64,000 nt of DNA, from NCBI RefSeq assembly GCF_009914755.1, contig NC_060935.1, one strand, 5' to 3'. A program made the translations under genes and the position numbers. The stretch comes from the human T2T-CHM13v2.0 reference genome, Homo sapiens. Positions 50,711-64,000 of this stretch are shown one piece after another. The notes beneath the pieces were generated by a model. The model saw nothing but the letters and a program-made list of their open reading frames with translations, ran no database searches and was not told the DNA's origin. Within the stretch, counting starts at the first letter, position 1, and each line of letters begins with the position of its first letter.

Positions 50711-51374
50711 AATCCATTGCTTCATCTTCCTGGCTTGGGATCAGATTGAGGACAGTCTCTACGGAAGGTAGTAGGACTCCTGAGGGGGAGCTGGGACCTT
50801 CAAGGTGGCCAAATTTTGCCAGGAAATCCCACAGGAAGAGTGCCTGTTCTTGACTGGACAATGTGAGGACTCGAAGCAGGAATCCTGGTTCTGTTCCCAG
50901 GCCACCTTGGGACCCAGAAGTGGGGTGGTGGCAGGTGGCAGGTAGCATGTTAGGAACGTTGGTGCTGCCTGGGCTTCTCACACTGAGGGTGTGAGCAGAC
51001 ACATGCTGTGGCCAGGCCTGTGAAGGGCACAGGCTGGGCTTTGTCCCCACTGGGTGCCTGCTGACGCTGATGGCACCCTCAGGATAGTCAGACATGGCAG
51101 GGACATGCGTCACCCCCAAGAGCTCCTCTCTGACCTGCAAATCTCAGTTAGTGCCCTACAGGTCCTCAGGGCGCTGCGTCCTTGGTCTTTGTAGCTCTCG
51201 TCACGTTATATACGGACATTTTTACAGGATTAGTGAAAGTTTGTCTCTCCCATGAAACTGTAAGCTCCATGAGAGCAGAGGCTGCATCTGGATGGCTCAT
51301 TATGGGATCTGGAGCCTGGAACCGACCCTGACATATGTGCTCAATAATTTCTTGATGACCGAGTATGTGACAAT

Positions 51375-51625
51375 AGCAGCTAGCACAAGCTTAGTTTTTA
51401 TTACATGTCAGCCATTATTCTAAGCACTGGACATACACATATACACCTCGCAATACTCCTGTGAGGCAGCTATTGATAGTTGCTATTTTACAGATGAGGA
51501 AACTGAGCTACAGAGAGGTTAAGTAAATTGCCCAAGGCAACACAGCCATTAGTTGGTGGAGCTGGGATTCAAGCCAGACAGTTTGGCTCCAGAGTCCATG
51601 CTTTTAGCTGTTGTGCTCTACTACC
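51375..51625 (-). mobile_element. MIR
   Basis: ATTTTACAGATGAGGAAACTGAG...TGCCCAAGG...GCTGGGATTCAA. Confidence 0.8.
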
Positions 51626-51656
51626 TCCTTAGAGGAATGAAGGAATGAATGAAACA

Positions 51657-51959
51657 CTTTATTTATTTATTTATTTTGAGATGGAGTCTCACTCTGTCAC
51701 CCAGGCTGGAGTGCAGTGGTGCAATCTCGGCTTACTGCAACTTCCACCTCCTGAGTTTAAGTGATCCTCCTGCCTCAGCCTCCTGAGTAACCGGGATTAC
51801 AGGTGCATGCCACCACACCTGGCTAATTTTTGTATTTTTAGTAGAGCCAGGGTTTCATCATGTTGGCCAGGCTGGTCTTGAACTCCTGACCTCAAGTGAT
51901 CCACCCGCCTCAGCCTCCCAAAGTGCTGGGATTACAGGCGTGAGCCACTGCACCCAGCC
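51657..51959 (-). mobile_element. Alu (AluS-type)
   Basis: (TTTA)n tail followed by a full antisense Alu body. Confidence 0.95.
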
Positions 51960-53364
51960 CACATTACATATTTATAATGTATGCCGCTTTTGACAAATGA
52001 GTTTTGGGGAGGAGTGAATGGTGCAGCTCCTCTGCATTAGATCACATGGTGCTGATGAGCAGGACACCCCTGGCTCCTGATCATCTGCACAGGGAAAGGA
52101 AGCCCATGAAGAGCCCTTTGGAGAAAGCCTCCTTCCCATTCCCGTCTCCTCCCCAGTCAGGTGCTGAGGAGTATGGGCTGACTGTGCCCTCAGATATGTC
52201 TAACTTGGGGGTGGTTCTTGGCTCCCTCTTTTTGGAATTAAGGAAGTGCAAGGAGACCGGGCATGAGCACACCAACCCCTGAATTCCCTTCCTGACCTCT
52301 GCCTCCTCCCAGGCCTCCTGTGTCCCTGGAGGCGCTGCTGATGGGGCAGGGGTTTCTTGGTCACTGCGGGAGGAGACTGAGGAGGTGAGTCTACTCATCT
52401 GGTCCCTGATTCCTGTCATATCGGCCCCCAGCGGTGCCTGCTTCCTGCCTGCTTCCTTCTCTGCATCCCCCTCCACATTTCTCTTCCTAGCTGCTTGATT
52501 CCTGGACCTTCAGGATTTCAAGAAGATGCCGCTACCTGGGAAGCCCCTGGGACTTTTTAACAGAAACTTACCCGATTGGAGCATGACTTAAAGAGACCAG
52601 AAAGGGAAGTACCTACTTTATGGTTGGCACAATGCCAGGGGCTTCACATTCGTTAACTCATTAGCTCATTTGATCCTCACAAGAACCCTATTCTTCTTCT
52701 TCATTAACAGAAGAAATGGGGGCTTGAGAAGGCCTAAGCAACTTGCTCAAGGTCGTGTGGTATAAGAGGCAGAGGTGAACTTTGATATCAGGATTGTAGG
52801 ACTCAAGGTCTGTACTGGATCCGCTGTTTGGAGACAGAAACAGGTGAGGTGGGGTTGGGGTCTAGGGTTGGAGCTGTACCAACTGGGATGCCATCCATTG
52901 TCCCCAAAGCAGAGATTATTGTCCTAGGGCTGGGACTGTCATATTCTGGTGACATTAACTCCTGGGGAGGAAGAAGGAAACTCCCTAGCAGAGGGGCAGG
53001 GTGGCAAGCCTGGGAGGCAAGGGCAGGAGAGGACCTGGGTAGTAGCTGGGGGTAGGGGGGCTGTTAGAAAAGATCCCAGGAAAGGGACAGTGGGGAAGCC
53101 TGGCCCCAGAAGTGTGGGAGCATGCTTTTGGGGGTGTCCAGTCCTGTGGGCTGTTGAATGCAAGGGTGCCCATGGTCTTCTTGCCCTCCAGATTACTGGG
53201 GCATGCACCCACACTGCACACATGCACAGACATGCTCCGTTGTCCTCTGTCATAGCCTGTCATCACAGACAAAAACAGGCCTGCACCGGGCTCACTCTTA
53301 CAGCCCTTCACCGCCTGGTGCTCCCCTTGGCTCTTCTGTTCCCAGCCTTATCCACATCCAGTCT

Positions 53365-53425
53365 CTGTGTGTGTGTGTGTGTGTGTGTATTTGTGTGTGT
53401 GTGTGTGTATGTGTGTGCGTGTGTG
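53365..53425. repeat. (TG)n microsatellite, interrupted
   Basis: Read directly from the sequence. Confidence 0.9.
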
Positions 53426-54890
53426 TCTCTTCTTCCTAAGCCTGCATAATTTTCTACTGTCTGTTGGCCTCTCTTAGGTTTGCACAAACACATGTACATA
53501 GTCTGATAACTCTGTTGTGTGTCACACACACACGCCCAGGCATACACATGCACACACAACCCTCAGTCTGTCCCTCCCTCTGCTTCTTAGCTGCTTATCT
53601 TCTGGTCTTTCACTCCAATCCATGCACAGCTCTGGGGCCTGGAGAACCCCACTGATCTTTAAAGGGTCTGGGCTATTTCTTCTTCTGTTTCTTTCCCCAC
53701 TGCCTAGTGCCCTCTGCCTTCCTGTGAGCTCTGACTGTTGAGGGGGCTCTACCAGGCCTGCTACTGACCTCTCAGTCTGTGTAGCCTTTTGGGTCCCCTT
53801 CCCAGCCTCCATGCAGGCTCTCCCAGCTGGGTACAGAGCTGGGCAGGCCCCCTCCTGGAAGTGGCAGCCGTAGGAGCAGCTGGCCAGGGAATGGCTACGT
53901 GGGTGGGGACAAGCAGGGCTGGAAAGGGATTAGTTTGCCTTGGATTCTTTTCTGTGAAAATTTTTGTCCATTTGCCATGATCCATTGATTTCAGCTGATG
54001 TCATTCTGGTACGTGGGAGAGGCTTTGACATCCATCTAGATCAGGGGGCCAGAGCCTGCACCCAGGAGTCAGAAACCCTGGTTCTTGCTCCAGAGGAACC
54101 TCAGTTTCTTCATCAGATGTATCAGTTTGGAATTAAAGGTCTTTAGTTTAAATTTTGAGCATCTAGGAGACTTCTACTTTATTTAGAGTCTAGCTGCACC
54201 CTGATCATTCCAATCAAAATCTCCCTCTCTGTGACTTATTTGTTTATACAGACCACAGATGTGCAGACATGCGGACACACACATGCACATGCAGATGCAG
54301 CTTTAGCTACTCTGGGTTTTCCAGGAACTTCCCCAACTCAGGTGGGACCTCGCCTCCTTCTCAGGATGGGGGCTGCCTGCAGTGTGTGCTCACTCCACTA
54401 CACTCTATGGCACATCTCTGGATTGAAATGTGCCTACTGATGACAGTGACCTAGGACAATGACCCACCTCTCCATCCGTCCCCACACCCCCTCCCCTAAG
54501 ATTAAAGACCCGAATCCTGAGTCTTGCTCTTGCTGCACCCCCTTCTTGGCTGTGAGAAAGAAAAGGGAAGTAGGAACAGCCCAGGAGGGGTGTGGAGTGA
54601 TCATGGGACCCTGAAATGTCAGCGCTCGAAGGGACCACCCTGACTCCTAGCCTAGTCAGCAGGTTTCCAAACATTTCACTTCATGTGTGGAACGTCGGCT
54701 CTGACCATGCTTACCTGGACATGCAAACAAACAAAACTGATTAAAGCCAAAATGCCTGCGTTAAGGTGGGTGGGAGCTCTGCCCAGCACCCTCACCCCCA
54801 TGACCACTTCTGCATGCCCCTGAGTGAGCAAGCATCCTGCAGCCCTTTTTAACTCTGACAAATGAGGCTTAAAATCCAGCCAGCCAGCCC

Positions 54891-55065
54891 ACTGGTTCCT
54901 GGTGTGGTCCCCGAGACCAGAAGCATCAGCATCACCTGAAGACATCTTCAAAATGCAGATTCTTAGGTTTTGCCGAGTCAATAATCTGGGGGTAGGCCCA
55001 GTGACTCATGTTCAAGAGGCTCTCTGGGTTACTCAGACGCACACCCCAGTTTGAGAACTGTTGGT
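54891..55065. mobile_element. MER5-family hAT MITE
   Basis: GTGTGGTCCCC...AGCATCAGCATCACCTG...AAATGCAGATTCT...AGTTTGAGAAC. Confidence 0.75.
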
Positions 55066-56504
55066 CTAGTACAACCCCCTTGCCTTACAGATGAGGAGTT
55101 GAAGCCCAGAGAGAGGTGTGCCTTACCCAAGGTCACAGAAAGTACGTCACTGTCAGGTTATGACTCTGGGCCAGACTGCCTATCTGTGGATGTCTTTGTG
55201 GTGAAGCCATGGATTTTTTCACTTGTCCTTCCCCTTAGCTGGCGTAAATACTCAGGGATCAGGGATCCAGAAGCCAGAAGGTAAGAGAGCCTGGGAAATG
55301 CACAAAACAGGACAGGGAACAGCAGGCAGTGGATCTGGGAGCCACAGCAGATGATCAGCACGCTTGTTCAACCTTTCACTCCCTCACTCATTCATTACAT
55401 TTCTGGAGCACCCAGGTGCTGGGGAGAAAATGACAAGAATTCTGGGTCCCGTCCTCGCCAAGCTTAAAGCCCAGCACTGCCCATCCCCTTGGCCAGGGGC
55501 ACTCGCTCACTTCATCTGTGGGTAAGGGGGAGACCTTTTCCCTCAGGGAGGCTATGCCGAGTGGTGACCAGCGAGGGACCCCTGGGCCTGGACACATGGG
55601 AAGGGATGTGGAGAAAAGCCAGGTTGAGGGCAGAGACCCAGGGTGTGGCTGGTCATCATTTGTGTGTTATGTCTGGGAGGTCTCCTTGGAAGAGGCAGAT
55701 TCCAGGAGAGGACACAACTTTGGGAAGCAGAGGTGGGTTGAGCACAGGCCAGCATGAGGGAGGAGGGGTGAGCTTCACGTAGAGGAGAAGCCTTCAGAGG
55801 GGACCGGGCTGAGGTGAGGCTGGCGTGAGGTGGGGCGAGCAGGAATGGAGGCACCCAGCTCACCGGCCCTGCTACCAGTTCCCCAGAAGCCTGGGGACTT
55901 CTGTGAATTAGGGAGCGTTTAACATCTCCCACTGATTAGCCGCTGCCTGCTACGGTTAAGCGGGGAGAGGGGAGAGGGCAGATTGGAGCCCAGCAGCTTT
56001 GAAAGGCAATGCTGCTCCTTGACAAAGCCGGCCTGGGGAGGTTTCAAAGGCAACTTCTGAGCAGCCCGCACGTTTTATGTTCACTAGATCCTCGCTTCCC
56101 AGGCTCCAAAGACAAACAGTGGGATTTAAGGGTTTTTTTCTCTTTTTGGAGACATTGTGTTCCGAGCTGGGCTTTCAGCTGAGGAGGAGGCAGAGCCGGC
56201 TGGGCTCCTTGCTCCACCACATCCACAGCCTGAGCACAGCCCAGCTCCATCTTCTCTGTACACTGGGAGCTTCCCAGGGGCCCCCGGAAGCTTTGCAGCA
56301 GCCCTTGCCCCCAGGCTAGGTGAGAGGGTGCCCCTGGCCAACAGGGATGGGCAGTGAGGGATACAGTCCAGGAACTGCTGGCCTTAAGCTTGGTGAGGAC
56401 AGGACCCAGAATTCTTGTTTGTTATCATGTCCCCAGCACCTGGGTGCTCAATAAATGTTGACCGAACAGATGAGGGAGCGAAAGGATGAATGAGTGGGCC
56501 GATC

Positions 56505-56985
56505 ACTTGCCGGTGGCTCCAGATCTGTCTCCTGTTCCCTGCCCTGCCTGGTGTTGCTGGGAGCTGCATTTCCCAGGCTCCCTTACCTTCTGGCTTCTAG
56601 ATTGGTTCAGCCAATCAGAGGAGGCACTGGAAGAAGGTGGATCGTGGGAGGAGGGGAAAAGCCAGGATATATTTCTTCCCTCTGTCTGTTTCAGGCCATG
56701 TCCCTGCAGTATCTGTGTCTCCTCTGGCTTCTGCTGATCAGCCCTGTCCTGCTGTGCAGCTCCCTGTGGGGGGCCTGTGGTGGCTCCAGTTTCTGTCTGA
56801 TGGCCTCAGCATCGAGGCTCCTAGAGACGTTGCCTCCTTCCAGCCCCAGGAAGGGGACAACTTCCTGCTGTTGCTAATCTGGGTTGCTCTACCTCTTCTG
56901 TTACCTGTACAACCAAATCCCTCGTTTAAATCCCTCTGCTTGAAAGGCCTAGAGTGGTTTCTGTTTTCCCAGTGGACTCAGTGGA
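56505..56985. mobile_element. ERVL LTR (LTR33-like)
   Basis: CCCAGGCTCCCTT..CTTCTGGCTTC..GGTTCAGCCAAT..GGAGGCACTGG matches my recollection of the LTR33 consensus. Confidence 0.6.
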
Positions 56986-57250
56986 ATGAAGAGTGAACAC
57001 ACTGCTTGCTCCCTTCAGAAAGAAGATTGTGTATGAGCGGCCAGGCCTGAGTGGGTTTGATCTGCCTGGGCCTGTGAATCTTATAGATGTGTGCAGCCTT
57101 GCCCTGGACAGGACACCCCATCCCACTGCCAGGGCACATGCCTCTGCATGTGAGTGCTGCTCTAGCCCTGGGGACACTGCCCACCTATGCCAGTATTGTT
57201 CATTTCCTCTGAGCTTGGCTCTACTGCGTGATGCAAAAATATAAGACGTG

Positions 57251-57995
57251 GCCCACCTCACACCCATGAGGATGACTACTGGCAAAAAACCCCAAAATGA
57301 CAAGTGTTGGTGAGGATGTAGAGAACTTGGAACCCCTGTGCGCTGTTGGTAGGAATGTGAAATGGTGCAGCTGCTGTGGAGAACAGTATGGCAGCTCCTC
57401 AAAAAATTAAACATAGAATTGCCATGTGACCCAGCAATTTCACTTCTGGGCATATGCCCAGAAGAACTGAAAGCAGGGTCTTGAAGAGATGTTTGTATAC
57501 CCATGTTCATAGCAGCATTATTCACAATAGCTAAAACACAGAAGCAACCCAGATGTCCATCAACAGATGAATGGGTAAGCAAAATGTGGTCCCTACATAC
57601 AATAGAATAGTCAGCCTTAAAAAGGAAGAAAATTCTGACTCACTACAACATAAATGAACCTTAGGACAGTATACCAAGCAAAAGCAGCCAGTCACAAAAG
57701 GAAAAACACGGTATGATTCCACTTATATGAGGCAGCTAGAGTAGTGAAAATCATAGAGACAGAAAGTAGCATAGTGGTTGCCCGGAGCTGGGAGGAGAGA
57801 GAACAGGGAATGATCATTGAATGGGTACAGAGTTTCAGTTTGACAAGATGAAAAGAGTTATGGAGCTGGAGAGTAATGATGGTTGCACATTATGTATTTA
57901 GTACACTTAATAATGGCTAAGATGGTAAATTTTATGTTATGTGTATTTTTATGTTATACTGTATATACCACAATTTTTTAAAAGTGAAAAAAAAA
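57251..57995 (+). mobile_element. L1MB-like 3' fragment (end of ORF2 region plus 3' UTR)
   Basis: CAAGTGTTGGTGAGGATGTAGAGAAC...GACCCAGCAATTTCACTTCTGGG...poly-A; imperfect TSD ATAAGAC(G/A)TG. Confidence 0.88.
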
Positions 57996-58721
57996 GCATA
58001 AGACATGTCATAAAGGCACAGCAAGAGGCAAGGAGGAAAAGACCATCTACCACCTGTCAGACCCTGTTCAGGCCTTTTAGCCTTTATCTCTGCGAATGCC
58101 CACAATGACCCTGTTGTGCAGATCGTCTTATCTTCATTTTATAGAGGCAGAGACTGAGACTCTGAGAGCTTAAATGACCTCTTTCCTCTCTCACAGCCAA
58201 ATGGTCACTTGGTTCTGCCCATTCCATGTCATGCTTGTGCCTCTCCTCGCCTGCCTGCTGTCCTCACTGCTCTGCCCACTGGATGCACCTGAGTCCCTCA
58301 CCAGCCTCCGGATTGGTGTGCTTGTCCCCAAGCTCACCTTCTCCCAACCCAACCTCCACACTCGTGCCAGGGCCATTTTCTAAAACACAGATTGAATACA
58401 TACTCGATTGCTCAGCATCCTTCAGTAACCCCCGTTGCCTAAGGAATAAGGTCCAATCTCCCTGGCATGGCAGTCAGGGCCCCTGGGATCTGGAACCAGC
58501 CCCCAGCTCCAGCTGTGTCTCTTTGCCTCCCTCCACCTCACCTCCCCCACCCATAATTCAGCCCCACGAAGCCATGTGGAGTTTCTCCATGCACCCACAT
58601 GCTAGAAATATGTCTCCTAGCTTTGGGATGGGGTGTCCTGTCCAGGGCAGGGCTGCCACATTTGTAAGATTCCCAGGCCCAGGAAGATCAAACCCACTCC
58701 GACCTGGCCGCTCATACAGTC

Positions 58722-59037
<316 letters not shown>

Positions 59038-59869
59038 CAGTCTTTTTTCTGAAGGGAACAAACAGTATATCCACTCATTCATTCCACTAAGTCACATCTC
59101 CTTGCCTTTGCAAGGGCTGTCTTCTTAGCCCCAAGGGCCCTTCATCCCCATATCCGTGGGAAGCTACTGTTTTTTCTTCAAGACCTGGCCTCAGCATCTT
59201 TCTCCCAGGATGCCTTGCACAGCTCCCTGGATGGAGGCTGTCTTCTCATTCCTGTTGCATTCATCACACCATATTGCAATCATCTGTTTATATCTTGATT
59301 TCCTTGCCTGGACAGTAAGTTCCACGAGGGCAGGAGCTATGTTTTATTCAGTCATTCATTTAAAAATATTTACTGAGCATTAACTTCATGCCAAGTACTC
59401 TGCCATACCCTGAGATACTTGGCTCATGTCATGGAATATATGGTCTAGTGTAGAACAATCACACCAAAAATACATATACTCTAGGTTATGAAGGAAAGGT
59501 AAAAGATGTGCCATCCCCAGTGTCTGGCACTGGTAGGAATGCAATGCATGCTACTTTTTGGCCTCTGCCCCATCCCCAGGCACCAGTGGACCCTAAAGGC
59601 CCAGCATAGTTATAGTGCTGCTCCCTCACCAGCCTGTGAGCTTCCTATGGGAGAGACTTCGTCTCTTGATTCATGTCCCCTGAGTGTGGCACATAGGAGG
59701 TGTATGATAAATGTAGGTTGAGATAAAGATGGAATTGCCCCCTTGTGTGTGAGTCAGGATGGGCCTTGCTATCAGAAGGAGCCCAGGCCACCGGACAGTG
59801 GGGTCAGGGTTTTGGACAAGGCTGCCCTTCCTCTCTCTAAACACTCCCTCCCCCCTGCTATGGGAAACC

Positions 59870-60135
59870 AGAAAACGGGAGTCCTTTAAACTCTGTTACT
59901 TACTAGTTATGTGACCTTGGGTGAGTCATGTAGCTTCTCTGAGCCTCAGTTTCCTCATTTGTAAAATGGACGTAATAGTATTAGGTTGGTGCACATGTGA
60001 TTGCGGTTTTTGCAATTAAAAGTAATACTATGTCATAAATTTGCTATGAGCAGGTTTAAGTTAATATTACAGAAAGGATTAGCGCAATTCCTGGCACAGG
60101 GTGCCTGCTCAGTAAATATGAGCTATTGTTATTTT
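59870..60135 (+). mobile_element. MIR (contains MADE1)
   Basis: GTGACCTTGGGTGAGTCA...TGAGCCTCAGTTTCCTCATTTGTAAAATGG. Confidence 0.8.
59981..60026. mobile_element. Half MADE1 (Hsmar1-derived MITE) inside a MIR
   Basis: TA|TTAGGTTGGTGCA...ATTGCGGTTTTTGC; only one arm present. Confidence 0.75.
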
Positions 60136-60549
60136 ACTGCGGGTTCCCAATGAGTGCCCCACTGTCACGCACATGCATCCCCCCGGATCCCACACCCGAC
60201 CCAGCTCCCTCTGGATGGGCACACCACCAGAGTCCTGTCTTTTCCTCTTGCTCAGAAGCTGTGGGTAACTGGGGCTTAATTAAGCACGCTTGGCTGGGGT
60301 GTGGTTAGTGGCTGCTGTATGAGTCAGCAGAGAGGGCCAGGGTTGGAGGAGGGTTGAGGGGGCTGGAGAGAAAATGGAGCAGGAAGAAGGTTTCTGGTGC
60401 CCGGGGCTGTATTTCCAGGCTCCATGAACCCACTTTGTTCAACAATCGAGGGGGATAAGGTGAACAATCCCTCAGTCTCTTGAGTTCCTCTTATAGCTCC
60501 CAGCAGACACCCCACCTTCACATTGAGAGCTGTAGCTATGTCGTTGTAC

Positions 60550-60970
60550 GATTCATTCATTCTTTTCTTTGGCACATATTGCTTGCTTGCTGTTGCTGGA
60601 CATTGTCTGAGGTGCTGGAAACAGTGTAGTGGACAAATGGACACAGGTCATTGCCCTCATGTAACATACAGACTTGGGGAAGGCACAGATAAGTACACAG
60701 AGATTGTGACACCCTTTGACCCGTGCCACCATGTGTTGGAGGGAGCACACAGAAAACCCCAGAATAGCTCGCTTTTCTTTCCTCTGGGTGTCCTGTCCTG
60801 CATAGCCTCCCACTATGCATTGAGGTGACATGATTTGCTTACCTGTCTCCCCCACCAAACTGCAGGCAACTTGGCGGCATGGAGCATGTGATGTTTCCCT
60901 CCAGGTCTTGGCACAGCACTTGGAGCATAGCAAGTGCTCCAAATATTGGTTGGCTGATTGAATGAACCCC
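60550..60970. mobile_element. L2 fragments
   Basis: TTCATTCATTC...GGTGCTGG and CTTGGCACAGCACTTGG...GTGCTC...TGAATGAA L2 3'-end motifs. Confidence 0.55.
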
Positions 60971-61006
60971 AGCTCAGGAAGCAACTGGCTACATGTTTTC
61001 CTAGAA

Positions 61007-61217
61007 CAGAGTTTGGCAAACTGTAGCCTGGGGGCAAAATTCTGCCTGTAACCAGCCTATTTTGTGTAGCCCTTAAGCTAAGAATAGTTTCTACTTTTTA
61101 AAAGGTTGGATTATTTAAAAAAATCAAAGAATAATATGCTGTAGAGACATATATGCAGCCCGCAAAGCCTAAAATATTTACTCTCTGGCCTTTTACAGAA
61201 AAAGTTTGCCTACCCTG
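61007..61217. mobile_element. hAT-Charlie MITE (MER58, probably MER58C)
   Basis: CAGAGTTTGGCAAACT ... GCCTAAAATATTTACT...AAAAAGTTTGCCTACCCTG. Confidence 0.82.
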
Positions 61218-61649
61218 CTCTGCAAGCCTGTCTGCACCTCGCTCAGTTTCCTCATCTATGAAATGCGAGGCCTGAGTTAGATGCCACAAAGGAGTGAAGT
61301 GCTGTGAGTCTGCATCCCACAGTTCCCGTCTTTGTCCTTGATTGTCCGTGTTGCACTCATCCCCGTATTGCAGGCATCTTCCCCAATACCCCATGCACAG
61401 CAGGTGCTCAGGAGATGCCGGCTGGCAATATGGGGGTGTGGCCACCCTCCCTCCCTAGATCTCCCAGGAGGGGCAGAATAGCACGGCTCAGACACAGACA
61501 GAATGGAGCCCATGCTGGTCTCTGGAAACTTCATGGCTTCCCAGTCCAGATCCTCTCTATTTAGGAGGTGAAGCATCTGCAGGGTTCTGTGAGGAACGTC
61601 AAGGGGCATTAGCGATGCATATGGGGTTATGGTGGCTGGAGAGGGGCTC

Positions 61650-61860
61650 AGAGCTTGCTTCTGTTGCTACACAGCTGTGTAAGCTTAGGCAAGTTATTTA
61701 GCTCTCTGAACACCCCCATTTCCTCAACTTAAAAATGGGGATCATAATTCACCACCTACCTTCTACGGTTGCAGTGAGAATTAAGGAAGGCAATTAAACA
61801 GGCAGGTGCCTTGTAATTCTACAGGGTGTCCAAATGCTAGTAATGATTGTTACTGTTATC
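61650..61860 (+). mobile_element. MIR
   Basis: GGCAAGTTATTTA..CTCTCTG...TTTCCTC...AAAATGGGGAT. Confidence 0.65.
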
Positions 61861-62315
61861 ACAGGACATTATGGGGACTCGGCTTTGTTACTTGGTTCCA
61901 CTGGATACAATGGAACATATCAAGTGGTTCTGGTAAGAATGATGGTTTTATTCTTGAAGGTCAAAGTGGATTCTAAAGCTGCTCATCAGAAAGGCCCAGG
62001 GTGAGTGGGGTCGGGCTGGGGTGTTTATGGCCCCGAGGTACCCCCTGCCTAATCTCTGCCTGCTCCTTCAGTTGTGAAGGCTGAGAAACACTATGGGAAG
62101 AGACTCCCCCAAAGTCTTGAGCCCCTGTAGACCTCAAGGTAGGGAATGGGGCCAGACCCACATGACAATCTCAGCAAGGCCCCCCCTCCCACCACCTCTG
62201 TCTGCTGGGAGGGAGAGTTTGGTCCTGCTGCCTAGCCCAGCTGCCCCTGGCCACCACTCCCTGGTGGCTCATACCGTCACAGGCTCCAGCTTCATCCCTT
62301 CACAACCTGGACTGA

Positions 62316-62687
<372 letters not shown>

Positions 62688-62689
62688 TG

Positions 62690-62870
62690 AGCTCTCCTGT
62701 ATATCATCCCCTTTGTTTTCCACAAGAACCCTATGTGGTGGGAATATTATTTTCTCTATTTTATAGATGAAGATACTGAGGTTCAGGGAGGTTAGGTGAT
62801 TTACCCCAAGGGAGTGTCCCAGCTGGGATGAGACCTGGGCTGCTTTCTCTCAGGGCTTTTTCTATGGCAC
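62690..62870 (-). mobile_element. MIR
   Basis: TTTTATAGATGAAGATACTGAGGTTCAGGGAGGTTAGG. Confidence 0.7.
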
Positions 62871-64000
62871 CAAACTGTCTTTCTCCAGCTGCCTCAGTTG
62901 TCCCATCCTGAAATCTGCCTTCTTGCTCCACCCACACACCTTCCCTTTGCCCCAGCTGACTCACAGGCCTGGGAAAATCCCTTTCTCCTACCCACCTGCG
63001 CAGGTGTAGGTGCACGCCAGCCCCTGCAATGTAAACCCCCTGGACCATAGTGGGTCTTCAAGGCCATCCTTTGGCTGGCCCTGACCTTCCAGGGTCCTGG
63101 GGTAGAGGAGGCTGGGAAGGTGTGTGCCGAGGGCACCAGGGAGATGTCAGACTCAGTTACCATGATGTGGACTATCCACGCTGCCTTGGGGGCTTGGTGT
63201 CACACTGCATCAAGTGGGCACTCAGGGCTTACTCCCTCTAGCTAAGAGATCCAGCCCCACTTTCCCTTCCCCCTGCTTGAGACCACTCAGAAGCATTCTC
63301 TATCCCTGGGGATGCAGTCAGGGCCTCCTGGATGTCCAGCCTTTGGGAGGTGCCACTCCAAAGGGACTGAGTGTTCAATGTTGGGGGTGGGGTGGGAAGG
63401 CTTTTCCCTCAATAGTTTCATCTGGCCTCCCCGGGGGGCCATGCTTCTATTTCATGGTTTGGTGGGGAAGAGTCCAAGCTTTGAGGACCCCTGTCCATGG
63501 GCTCATCTCAAAGGTGGTGCTCGGCAGAAGCCCAGATGCAAGGGTGGGCTGCAATGGGGAGAACCTCAGATCTTGCTTCTGAAAGGAGACCCTCCTAGGC
63601 CTGCAGGGAGACCCGGCAGCCCATTCCTACCACGGTGGCCACTGCTGTACCTTGCTCATGTCCTGTTTTGTCTCTGCAGCTCTTCCCATTTCCTCCATAC
63701 ACAGCATTAAGTTGAGGCTGGAGGTCGGGGCAGTAAAGGGAGGGCAGAAAGGACTTAACGTTCATACCCCTGAGGGAAGGATGTTTTGGGCTCTGTGGGG
63801 TGCCCAGCATGCAGAGTGAAGGGTGGGAGCAGAGAGCATGAGCTGGGCACAAGCTGAGCCCCAGAGTGCAGGGGCCAGAGCTGCCTCACAGGGTCTGCCC
63901 AGCGCCCTCCCTTCCAGCTCCATTGCTCTGGACTTCACGGTTGCCCATCAGGACACAGGTCTCCTCAGTGCCCCCGCCTCCCACCTTACACTCTGGACCC

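Noticed and set aside
56926-57582. 218-aa minus-strand ORF
   Set aside because: Antisense translation of an L1M fragment ([17 protein letters not shown] is a typical L1 antisense peptide).

Overview
This is mammalian, almost certainly human, genomic DNA (Alu, MIR, L2, L1M and MER repeats) spanning the 5' end of NECTIN1 (PVRL1/HVEC, 11q23.3). The only supportable coding sequence is NECTIN1 coding exon 1 on the minus strand (ATG at 29379, donor at 29301/29300, encoding the signal peptide MARMGLAGAAGRWWGLALGLTAFFLP-G). Positions 1-29300 are part of the long first intron and no exon 2 was seen. About 28.3-31.0 kb is the promoter CpG island, and the rest is upstream DNA. That includes a second CpG island at about 42.2-43.6 kb with a strong CTCF motif and a ~500-bp CA-rich VNTR. 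All other ORFs in the track are best explained as chance, GC-rich, Alu-derived or microsatellite frames. I found no convincing new gene system. The best leads are: (1) two short uORFs in the 5' leader with better Kozak context than the NECTIN1 start; (2) a ~155-bp inverted repeat (~56970-59095) whose arms are ~88-90% identical although one is interrupted by an old AluJ; (3) the CTCF + VNTR + motif-dense upstream CpG island; (4) a tight cluster of consensus U1/5' splice sites on the divergent strand; and (5) several motif-dense candidate enhancers and non-B-DNA tracts. Repeat subfamily names come from recalled consensus sequences, and boundaries of old repeats are approximate.
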